Shown piece after piece: positions 37,827 through 46,274 of a stretch of 64,000 nt of DNA. Numbering within the stretch: the first letter of the stretch is position 1; every line of letters begins with the position of its first letter. The translations under genes were made by a program, and so were the position numbers. This DNA comes from Candidatus Fraserbacteria bacterium (lineage in GTDB: Bacteria > Bipolaricaulota > Bipolaricaulia > RBG-16-55-9). The DNA lies in contig JBBIOR010000006.1 in NCBI GenBank assembly GCA_037443265.1, positions 26,924-90,923 of the forward strand, written 5' to 3'. Under the pieces are notes generated by a model. That model made no database searches, had not been told where the DNA came from, and saw only the letters and a list, made by a program, of their open reading frames with translations.

Positions 37827-37925
37827 ATGTCTAGCAAGCATCCCGATCATAACGGACGCTCGGTGGAAAGAGAATGGAAGCCAGGTGAAAATTGGGTGGA
37901 AATGTGCTGGCTAGAATTGCACTGA
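37827..37925 (+). CDS. Putative 32-aa peptide
   Basis: TAAGGAGGT 6 nt before ATG; MSSKHPDHNGRSVEREWKPGENWVEMCWLELH. Confidence 0.4.
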   Translation: MSSKHPDHNGRSVEREWKPGENWVEMCWLELH

Positions 37926-39206
37926 GAATCCTAGCACCCAGCCCCGCCGGTTGTGGAAGCTTACGCTCAAAAGATTCGACCCCACAGGCACAGCCACTCC
38001 AGCGAACGCCGTAAGATAGCTCACGGTCTCACGGTAGCCGTTGGGCAAGATCTCCACTAGAGGAGCCAGGGCACTTATGATGATGACACCGCCGGGCGCG
38101 GCGATGTGAACCCGCTCTTGGACGGCGATCCCACCCCCCAGCTGCAGATAGAACGCGCCCATAGCCGGCAGCGAGAGCTTCACATACGCTTCCGTTTCAG
38201 GGCCTTGGTTGTAGATCCGCTCGCTGGGAAATCTCTCCTGGCGGCCGATGTCATAGTAGGGGGGCACGTCGTCTTGGGTGAAGGAGATCGAGCCTCCTAG
38301 GCTCAGGCCAGCCGGGAAGCCCAGCTCCAAGCCCGCGCTGAAGAGGCCAGCAGCATTCAAGCCGGCGTTCAGGCCCAGCGCGAGCGCCGAGAGGCCCACT
38401 TCTTCTCCCCCTGTGGGAGGGCTAGAAGGAAAGAGCGAAGGCCGCGCCGGCTCCAGCAAGACGCTCAGCTCGCTGCGGGCCCGATTCGCCAGAGTGACGG
38501 TCTTCGACCAACGCTGATAGCCGCTTTTGATGATCTCGATGCGCACGCGTCCGGGGGCTACCTCTAGCTCCAGGGGGCTGACCCCGCGCAGCTCTCCATT
38601 GACATAGACTTGGGCTCCCTGGGGTTCTGAGATGATTTTCAGATGCGCCACGGCCGGAGCGATTAAAAATTGAGTCCAGTCCGCAGCCCACTCGTCGGGC
38701 TCCACGGTGATCTCGATCAGCTTCTGGATTTGAGCTCTGAGCGCCTTGGGATCATCGCTGAGCTGTGGGAAAGGGTTCTCATCTTGGGCCACGAGCTCCG
38801 GGAGCGCGAGAGGCTTGAGCAGCGCAATCGCCTGCAGGAGCTCAACGCCGAGTGGCTCTGTCACGACCCAGCTATAGGTGGGTCTATCGGGCAGCGTATG
38901 CCGGCCCGCCTTCAAGAAATTATCCCATGAGAAGCCGTTGGGGAAGAGCAGCGTCGCTTGCCCTTCCGGGTTGATGTCATAGACGTACACATACGCATCT
39001 CGGCTAAGTTCTAGTTGAATTTTGAGGGCTTCCTTCGGGCTATAGACTTGGCGATCTGTTTTGATCTTAATAGAAAAGGCGCTCTCAGGCGGGGAGACGA
39101 GGATCCCCTCTGGAGCGGCCTTTTCGTCCTCGGCGGAGATCTTTACGCTGCCAGCCAGCAAGATCAAGCTCATCAGCCCATATAACATAAGACGCTTGGG
39201 CATCAT
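37911..39206 (-). CDS. Secreted DUF4384 + PEGA domain protein with a predicted C-terminal beta-barrel
   Basis: DAYVYVYDI...LLFPN (DUF4384); SEPQGAQVYVNG..RG.SPL (PEGA); ends WVLGFSVQF. Confidence 0.8.
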   Translation of the reverse strand: MMPKRLMLYGLMSLILLAGSVKISAEDEKAAPEGILVSPPESAFSIKIKTDRQVYSPKEALKIQLELSRDAYVYVYDINPEGQATLLFPNGFSWDNFLKAGRHTLPDRPTYSWVVTEPLGVELLQAIALLKPLALPELVAQDENPFPQLSDDPKALRAQIQKLIEITVEPDEWAADWTQFLIAPAVAHLKIISEPQGAQVYVNGELRGVSPLELEVAPGRVRIEIIKSGYQRWSKTVTLANRARSELSVLLEPARPSLFPSSPPTGGEEVGLSALALGLNAGLNAAGLFSAGLELGFPAGLSLGGSISFTQDDVPPYYDIGRQERFPSERIYNQGPETEAYVKLSLPAMGAFYLQLGGGIAVQERVHIAAPGGVIIISALAPLVEILPNGYRETVSYLTAFAGVAVPVGSNLLSVSFHNRRGWVLGFSVQF

Positions 39207-39239
39207 CCTCACCTCACCTCACCTGCTCAGCGTTCCCCC

Positions 39240-40466
39240 TCATAGCGGGATGACAAGATCTTTGGGAGACGGAGTCATACTATGAAATTCTCCGTCTTCA
39301 TCGCAGTAGTATGTGTCTTCGATGCGGATGCCGAAGCCGCGCTCCGGATAATAGAGCCCCGGCTCAATGGTGAAGACCATGCCGGGCCGAAGGGGCGTCT
39401 GGCACCGGCCGAAGGTGGGGAAATAGGGCTCCTCGTGGAGCTCGAGCCCGACGCCGTGGCCCAGGCTGTGCACGTAGCCTTCTTGGGCTTTGGGATCGCT
39501 CTTTAGGGTGCGATGGCCCCGCTTCTCGAAGAACTCACAGGCCAGGTGCTGATAGCGCTGGGTGATCTCTCCGGCTTTCAAGGCGCCCAGTACCGTCTCG
39601 AAGCACTCCAGCACATCGCGATAGGCCCGCTCAATCTCAGCCGGGGCGTATCCCAGGCAGAAGGTGCGGGTCATGTCGTGGCAGTAGCCGCCGGGCTCTT
39701 GGGGAAAGAGATCGAAGACGATCGTCCGGCCCAGCGGGATGAGATCTTTGGGATTGCCCCTTGAATGCGGCACGCCCGCATCCCGTCCGACGGCGAAGAT
39801 GCACTCCCCTCTTGACTCCAAGCCGCGACGCGCCAGCTCTAAGCGGATGAACTCCTTCACGTTCGCCACCGTCAGCGGCCGTCCGTCTTCTCGGATCAGA
39901 GTGTCTTTCTCTACCCGATGGGACTTCAGAAATTCGACGACGGCCTCGAAGAGGTCACACGTCTGCTCTCCCACGCGCCGAAGCCTTTCGATTTCAACGG
40001 TGTCTTTCGTCTCCCGCGCGACTCCAAAGATATCTCGATCGTACTCGCCTAGGATCTCGACGCCGGGGACTTTTACGCTCAGTGCCCGCAAGAACTCGTA
40101 ATAAGCGCTAATAGGCCCGGTGCCGTAGAAGGCCACCCGGCCCTCTATGTTGAGGTCTTCAAAGATCCGTCGATAGAGCTCCACGCGGGCCTCTAAATGA
40201 TCGGGAAACTCTTCGAGGATCTCGTGAAGGGGCCAGCGGTCGAAGTTGATCAACTCCAGTCCTGTAGCCTCTGCTGAGGCGCGCTCCATCGAGCGATAGA
40301 GGAGCTTGGCCCGCTCGCCCCGCTTTAGGATCACCGTCCCTACGAGGTGCTCCCCATTCACCAGATAAGCAAACGTCGGATTGGCTCTGTAGGTCCCGTC
40401 CGGCCCTTCCACGATGGCCACGTCAATTCTGCGCTCGTGCATCAATCGCTCAATATCGCTCTTCAT
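39240..40466 (-). CDS. M24 family Xaa-Pro peptidase
   Basis: DMTRT, HSLGHGVGLELHEEP, TIEPGLY, RIED. Confidence 0.93.
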   Translation of the reverse strand: MKSDIERLMHERRIDVAIVEGPDGTYRANPTFAYLVNGEHLVGTVILKRGERAKLLYRSMERASAEATGLELINFDRWPLHEILEEFPDHLEARVELYRRIFEDLNIEGRVAFYGTGPISAYYEFLRALSVKVPGVEILGEYDRDIFGVARETKDTVEIERLRRVGEQTCDLFEAVVEFLKSHRVEKDTLIREDGRPLTVANVKEFIRLELARRGLESRGECIFAVGRDAGVPHSRGNPKDLIPLGRTIVFDLFPQEPGGYCHDMTRTFCLGYAPAEIERAYRDVLECFETVLGALKAGEITQRYQHLACEFFEKRGHRTLKSDPKAQEGYVHSLGHGVGLELHEEPYFPTFGRCQTPLRPGMVFTIEPGLYYPERGFGIRIEDTYYCDEDGEFHSMTPSPKDLVIPL

Positions 40467-41626
40467 GGGGAGCGCTCCTCGATCGGGATGTAGCGCTGCT
40501 CTTGGGGGCCGCGGTAATCCTCCTTGGGACGGATCAGGACGTTGTGGCCGTACTGCTCCAGCACATGGGCTGCCCAGCCGCTCACGCGAGCCATGGCAAA
40601 GATGGGCGTAAAGAGCTCCTTGGGGATGCCCAGCATGTGATATATCACAGCCGAATAGAAGTCCACGTTGGGGTAGACGCCCTTGGGGCCCAGGAGCTCC
40701 GTACCCACCTGCTCCACCGCGCGCGCGATGTCATAGAGTGGATGGTGACCGCGGACCTCGGCCAACCCTTCAATGAGGGCTTGCAAGATGATGGCCCGTG
40801 GATCTTTCGTCTTGTACACTCGATGCCCCATGCCCCAGACCCTCTCCTTGCGCGCCAGCACCCCTTCAATATAGGGACGGACGTTCTGAGTGGAGCCGAT
40901 GGCCTGAAGCATCTCGATCACTTGGGTATTGGCTCCCCCATGGAGCGGCCCCTTGAGGGTCCCGATAGCTGAAGTGATGGCCGAATAGAGATCAGAGAGC
41001 GTGGAAGCCGTCACCCGCGCGGCAAAGGTGGAAGCGTTAAAGCCGTGATCGGCATGCAGGATCAAGCAGACATCGAAGGTGCGCGCGCTCGTCTCATCAG
41101 GCTCTTTCCCCGAGAGCATGAAGAGAAAATTCGCGGCGTGGCTGAGCCCTTCCTGGGGCGCAAGGGGCTTCAAATCCCGCCGCAGTCGGTCATGGGCGGC
41201 CAAGATCGTAGGCATCTTGGCGATGAGCTTGAGGGCTTTGCGCCGGTTAGCTTCTTCTTCTTCTTTGGGTTTGGGTTTGGGGTCGTCGGCCTGAGGATCG
41301 AAGAGGGCGATGGCGGAGACCATCGTGCGCAGAACATCCATGGGCGCGGCACTCGCCGGGAGAGCCTGAAGGATCTTCAGTTCTGCGGGGGAGAGGGCCC
41401 GCTGGGCCTTCAAGTCTTGAGAGAAACGATCGAGCTCCTCACGGGTAGGGAGCTCCCCATAGAGCAACAGAAAAGCCGTCTCCTCGTACGTGGAGTGCCG
41501 AGCTAAATCGCCAATATCATAGCCACGATAGCGAAGAACGCCGCGCTGGCCATCGATGAAGCAGATCGTGGACTCAGCGATGACGACGCCCTTCAGACCC
41601 TCATGTAGTTCTGTTGGTTTGGCCAT
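40463..41626 (-). CDS. Citrate synthase (or 2-methylcitrate synthase)
   Basis: LRYRGY, HADHGFNAST, GPLHGGA, GMGHRVYK, PNVDFYS. Confidence 0.95.
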   Translation of the reverse strand: MAKPTELHEGLKGVVIAESTICFIDGQRGVLRYRGYDIGDLARHSTYEETAFLLLYGELPTREELDRFSQDLKAQRALSPAELKILQALPASAAPMDVLRTMVSAIALFDPQADDPKPKPKEEEEANRRKALKLIAKMPTILAAHDRLRRDLKPLAPQEGLSHAANFLFMLSGKEPDETSARTFDVCLILHADHGFNASTFAARVTASTLSDLYSAITSAIGTLKGPLHGGANTQVIEMLQAIGSTQNVRPYIEGVLARKERVWGMGHRVYKTKDPRAIILQALIEGLAEVRGHHPLYDIARAVEQVGTELLGPKGVYPNVDFYSAVIYHMLGIPKELFTPIFAMARVSGWAAHVLEQYGHNVLIRPKEDYRGPQEQRYIPIEERSP

Positions 41627-41638
41627 GAACTTACTCCT

Positions 41639-43312
41639 TCATTCCCGTTGATCTTTTAAGCGCGGCATGTGAATTCCCTGCTCTTTGGCCACGCGGATGG
41701 CCTCTGGGTAGCCCGCGTCCGCGTGGCGCACGACTCCTAAGCCCGGATCGACGGTCAAAACCCTCTCTAAACGCCTGGCGGCCTCTTTTGTGCCGTCGGC
41801 CACGATGACCATTCCCGCGTGAATGGATTTCCCGATGCCCACGCCGCCGCCGTGATGGACCGAGACCCACGTGGCCCCGCAGACGGCATTGAGCAGCGCG
41901 TTCAAGATGGGCCAGTCAGCGATGGGATCGCTGCCGTCTCTCATGCCTTCGGTCTCGCGATAGGGCGAGGCCACGGAGCCGGCATCCAAGTGATCGCGCC
42001 CGATCACGATGGGGGCCTTAAGCGCCCCGCAGCGCACCAGTTCATTGAAATGGAGCCCGGCTTGGGCTCTCTCCCCATAGCCCAGCCAGCAGATGCGCGC
42101 CGGAAGCCCCTGGAATGTGACGCGCTTCTGGGCTTGGGTGATCCAGCGCCTAAGCGCTTCATCTTTCGGGAAGAGCTCTAAAATGGCTCGATCGGTGCGA
42201 TAGAGGTCTTCGGGATCTCCCGAGAGGGCCACCCAGCGGAAGGGGCCTTTGCCGTGACAGAACATCGGGCGAATATACGCCGGCACAAAGCCGGGGAAGG
42301 CACCAAGAGCGCCTGCCAGTCCGCCCTTCTCGGCTTGGCCGCGAATATTATTCCCGTAATCAAACACAACAGCGCCCATCTCTTTAAGAGCGATCATCGC
42401 CTGCACGTGGCGCACCATCGATGCGAAAGATCTTTCGATGTAGCACTCCGGGTCGCGCTCGCGCAATTGGAGGGCTTCTTCATAGGAGAGCCCGGCAGGG
42501 ACGTAGCCGTTCAGCTCATCATGAGCAGATGTTTGATCTGTGACGACATCTGGGACGATGCCACGCCGGACAAACTCGGGATAGATGTCCGCCGCGTTGC
42601 CCAGCAGCCCGATCGAAAGCGCTTGGCCCTTCTTCTTGGCCTCGTCTGCCCATTTTAGTGCTTCCTCGAGATCGTCGGTGGACGTATCGAGATATTTCGT
42701 CTTGAGGCGGCGCTCGATCTTTTGAGGATTGATCTCCACGATGAGGCCCACGCCCTCGTTCATGGTGATGGCCAGGGGCTGTGCTCCGCCCATCTCGCCC
42801 AGCCCGGCCGAAAGCACGAGCCTCCCCTTCAGTGTCCCTGCGAAGTGCTGGCGGGCCAGCTCGGCCAGCGTCTCGTATGTCCCTTGTAGAATCCCCTGTG
42901 TTCCAATATAGATCCAGCTGCCGGCGGTCATCTGGCCGAACATGATCAAGCCCTTGCGCTCGAGTTCTCTGAATTTCTCCCAGGTGGCCCAGTGGGGGAC
43001 GAGCAAAGAGTTGGCGATCAACACTCTGGGGGCATCTTCGTGGGTCGTAAAGACGGCCACGGGCTTGCCGGATTGAACGAGAAGGGTCTCGTCGTTTGCG
43101 AGAGTCTTGAGGGTTTCTACGATGGCGTAGAAGTCTTCCCAGCTTCTGGCGGCCTTGCCCGTGCCGCCGTAGACGATGAGATTGGCCGGATCTCCAGCGA
43201 CTTCCGGGTCGAGGTTGTTCATGAGCATCCTAAGGGCTGCTTCCTGAAGCCAGCTTTTGCATTGGATCTTCGGCCCGCGCGGGGCGCGCACCTCCTGCTC
43301 GATCTTGAGCAT
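41639..43312 (-). CDS. hutU: Urocanate hydratase
   Basis: [34 protein letters not shown]. Confidence 0.97.
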   Translation of the reverse strand: MLKIEQEVRAPRGPKIQCKSWLQEAALRMLMNNLDPEVAGDPANLIVYGGTGKAARSWEDFYAIVETLKTLANDETLLVQSGKPVAVFTTHEDAPRVLIANSLLVPHWATWEKFRELERKGLIMFGQMTAGSWIYIGTQGILQGTYETLAELARQHFAGTLKGRLVLSAGLGEMGGAQPLAITMNEGVGLIVEINPQKIERRLKTKYLDTSTDDLEEALKWADEAKKKGQALSIGLLGNAADIYPEFVRRGIVPDVVTDQTSAHDELNGYVPAGLSYEEALQLRERDPECYIERSFASMVRHVQAMIALKEMGAVVFDYGNNIRGQAEKGGLAGALGAFPGFVPAYIRPMFCHGKGPFRWVALSGDPEDLYRTDRAILELFPKDEALRRWITQAQKRVTFQGLPARICWLGYGERAQAGLHFNELVRCGALKAPIVIGRDHLDAGSVASPYRETEGMRDGSDPIADWPILNALLNAVCGATWVSVHHGGGVGIGKSIHAGMVIVADGTKEAARRLERVLTVDPGLGVVRHADAGYPEAIRVAKEQGIHMPRLKDQRE

Positions 43313-43354
43313 AGTCATCCCCTCGGTGGCTTCTATGGCCACCAGATTATAGAT

Positions 43355-43828
43355 TTAGCGACGCCAGCGATTCAACTCGTAGATGGCAATCCCAAAGGCC
43401 ACCGCCACATTGAGCGACTCCTTCTGGCCGTACATGGGGATATGAACGATCTGATCTGCCCGAGAGAGCAGAGCCTGCGAAAGTCCTTCTAATTCATTGC
43501 CCAAGAGCAGAGCCAGGGGAAATTGAGGGCGAAAGCGAAAGAGATCCACGCTGGGACACTCAATGTTGTTCTCCAGGGCGACGATCTGCACGCCCCAGCT
43601 CCTAAGCCGTTCGAGCAGCTTCCACGTCTGCGCCTGATGCTCCCAGGGCACAGTCTCTTCTGCCCCTAGGGCCACCTTGCTTATCTCTTTACGGGGTGGA
43701 TGGCCCGTATAGCCACAGAGATAGAGCTTGGTGACAGAAGCCGCATCAGCCGTACGAAATATGGCGCCCACGTTGTGCAGACTGCGGATGTTATGACAGA
43801 TGACGTACAACTCTTGGGCAAACATCAT
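43355..43828 (-). CDS. SpoU/TrmH family RNA methyltransferase
   Basis: NVGAIFRTA, LGNELEG, IPMYG.KESLNVAVA. Confidence 0.93.
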   Translation of the reverse strand: MMFAQELYVICHNIRSLHNVGAIFRTADAASVTKLYLCGYTGHPPRKEISKVALGAEETVPWEHQAQTWKLLERLRSWGVQIVALENNIECPSVDLFRFRPQFPLALLLGNELEGLSQALLSRADQIVHIPMYGQKESLNVAVAFGIAIYELNRWRR

Positions 43829-43909
43829 GGATCATGATAGCGCTTCGCCTGGCAAGCACAAGGACATTGCAGCCGACTGAGAGTTCCGGCTATACTGCGG
43901 GCGTCTCCC

Positions 43910-45391
43910 ATGATTCAGCTCGATGGAAGACATCTTACGCTTGAGGCGGCGGAGCGGATCGTCTTAGCAGGCGAGTCAGTCGAGGCCGCTCCAGAGGCCC
44001 TGCAGGCCGTGGAGGCCTCCGCCCGACTCGTCGGGAAGATCCTCCAAGCGGGGCGCAGGGCCTATGGCCTGAACACCGGCTTCGGCAAACTGAGCACCCA
44101 GACGATCACGCGAGATCAGTTGAGAGAGCTTCAAGTCAATCTCTTGCGCAGTCACGCCTGCGCCGTGGGCGAGCCTCTTCCGGATGAGATAAGCCGGGCG
44201 GCCCTGCTGTTTCGCTTAAACTCACTGCTCTGTGGCCATTCGGGCGTGCGCCCCATCGTGATCGAATATCTTCTAAAATTCTTGAATCATCGGGTTTATC
44301 CCGTCATTCCCGGCAAAGGCTCTGTGGGCTCTAGCGGAGATCTCGCGCCTCTGGCCCATCTGGCCCTTCTGCTCATCGGCGAAGGCCAAGCCCGTCTGGA
44401 CGGCCGGACTCTTTCGGGCGCTCAAGCGCTCAAGCGACTGGGGTTGGAGCCCCTGGAGTTGGCTCCCAAGGAGGGGCTGGCGCTCATCAACGGGACGCAA
44501 GTCTCGCTGGCCACAGGCTTCATCGCGTATCTTAAGGCGCGCAATCTTTTGGAGCACGCCCAGCTCATCGCCTGCTTAGCCATAGAAGCGGCGGGCGGGC
44601 GCACAGAGCCCTTAGAAGGGCGGGTGCAGGCCTGCCATCCCCATCCGGGCCAGAGAGGGGTGGCCGAGCAGATGCGCTCCTATCTTTCGGGCAGCCGCCT
44701 GGTGAATCGCTCCACGGACGTGCAAGATCCCTACACGCTCCGCTGCATCCCTCAAGTGCTAGGTGCCTGCAGCGAAGCGCTGGATTTTGTGAGGACGAAG
44801 ATTGAGATCGAGATGAACTCCTCAACAGACAACCCCCTCCTCTTCCCGGAGACGGAAGAGGTGCTCTCCGGAGGGAATTTTCACGGGGAAATACTCTCTT
44901 TGGCCTGCGAGATTCTGGGCCTGGCGTTGGCCCAGATGGGAAATTTTTCGGAGCGGCGCACGGCGCTCTTGCTCGAACTTCCCCATCTGCCGCCGTTCTT
45001 GACAGAGCAGAGCGGCCTGCGCTCCGGTTTGATGATTGCTCAATATACGGCCGCGGCCCTCGTCTCAGAGAATAAGATTCTGGCCCATCCGGCCGTGGTC
45101 GATTCCATCCCGACCTCAGGCGGCAAAGAAGACTATAATAGCCTCGCCAGCCTCTCCGCCTGGAAAGCCTTTCAGATGGCAGAGAACGTCGAATATATTC
45201 TGGCCATTGAGCTGCTTACAGCCGCTCAGGCTCTCTTCTTCTGCGAGATCTCTCAAATGGCACCGGCTACCCGCAAAGTCTATGAGAATCTGCGCGCCCA
45301 CATCCCCCCCTTGACGGAGGATCGCCCCTTATATCAAGATATAGAGCGGACACGAAAATGGATCCAAAGAGGAGAGTTGCTCCGTGTTTAA
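43910..45391 (+). CDS. hutH: Histidine ammonia-lyase
   Basis: YGLNTGFG, LRSHA, GSVGSSGDLAPL, KEGLALING, DNP, GGNFHG; close to hutU. Confidence 0.93.
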   Translation: MIQLDGRHLTLEAAERIVLAGESVEAAPEALQAVEASARLVGKILQAGRRAYGLNTGFGKLSTQTITRDQLRELQVNLLRSHACAVGEPLPDEISRAALLFRLNSLLCGHSGVRPIVIEYLLKFLNHRVYPVIPGKGSVGSSGDLAPLAHLALLLIGEGQARLDGRTLSGAQALKRLGLEPLELAPKEGLALINGTQVSLATGFIAYLKARNLLEHAQLIACLAIEAAGGRTEPLEGRVQACHPHPGQRGVAEQMRSYLSGSRLVNRSTDVQDPYTLRCIPQVLGACSEALDFVRTKIEIEMNSSTDNPLLFPETEEVLSGGNFHGEILSLACEILGLALAQMGNFSERRTALLLELPHLPPFLTEQSGLRSGLMIAQYTAAALVSENKILAHPAVVDSIPTSGGKEDYNSLASLSAWKAFQMAENVEYILAIELLTAAQALFFCEISQMAPATRKVYENLRAHIPPLTEDRPLYQDIERTRKWIQRGELLRV

Positions 45392-46274
45392 GTCGGGTTT
45401 TGTGGGGGTACTGGGCCAGGCGAACGTCGGGAAATCCACGTTCATCAACGCGATTCTGGGCAAGAAGCTCCTGATCGTCTCCGAGAAGCGCCAATCCACG
45501 CGCAACCGCATCCGCTGCATCTACAGCGATCCCGAAGCCCAGATCGTCTTTCTGGACACCCCTGGGCTGCACAAGCCCGTGGATCGCCTGAGCCGCTTCC
45601 TGCTCAAGCAGGCCTTTGGAGCCCTCCCAGGACTCGATTTAATTCTCTATATGATTGAGCCATGGATCGAGATCCCAGAGTACGATCAGAAGATCTTCGA
45701 GGAGATGGAAAAACTTTCGACTCCAAAAATCTTGCTCATCAACAAGATCGATAAGGCCCGAGGCAACGAAGTGGAAGAGACCCGCGCTCAGTACGCCCAG
45801 ACGGGACTCTTTGCGGAGATCATCCCCATCTCCTGTAAGGAGGGGATCCATCTGGGCAAGACGATCCAGACGATCAAAACATATCTGCCGGAAGGCCCCA
45901 AATATTTCCCTGATGAGATCACGGTGGATCGGCCGGAGGAGTTTCTCATCGCGGAGTTCATCCGCGAGAAGGTCTATCAGCTGACGCGCCAGGAGATCCC
46001 CTATGCTGTATTTGTGGAAGTCTGCGAGATCCGCGAGCGCGAAGACGTTCCGCTGATCGAAGTATATGCCAATATTTATGTGGCGCGGCCCTCTCAGAAG
46101 GGAATCTTGATTGGTGAGCAGGGCTCGATGATCCGAGAGATCGGGCGGCTGGCCCGTCAGGACATCGAAGCGCTCTTGGGGAGCCGGGTGTATTTAGATC
46201 TGCAAGTCAAAGTGCGCCCGGGGTGGAACGAGGACGAAGAAAAGATTGCGCGGATCTTGGGGAAAGAGGGCTGA
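45384..46274 (+). CDS. era: GTPase Era
   Basis: FKSGFV, NVGKST, DTPG, NKID, KH domain SQKGILIG. Confidence 0.96.
   Translation: MFKSGFVGVLGQANVGKSTFINAILGKKLLIVSEKRQSTRNRIRCIYSDPEAQIVFLDTPGLHKPVDRLSRFLLKQAFGALPGLDLILYMIEPWIEIPEYDQKIFEEMEKLSTPKILLINKIDKARGNEVEETRAQYAQTGLFAEIIPISCKEGIHLGKTIQTIKTYLPEGPKYFPDEITVDRPEEFLIAEFIREKVYQLTRQEIPYAVFVEVCEIREREDVPLIEVYANIYVARPSQKGILIGEQGSMIREIGRLARQDIEALLGSRVYLDLQVKVRPGWNEDEEKIARILGKEG

Noticed and set aside
41251..41283. (CCCAAA)3(GAA)4 repeat in citrate synthase
   Set aside because: In-frame PKPKPKEEEE loop insertion; unit lengths are multiples of three, so it cannot phase-shift
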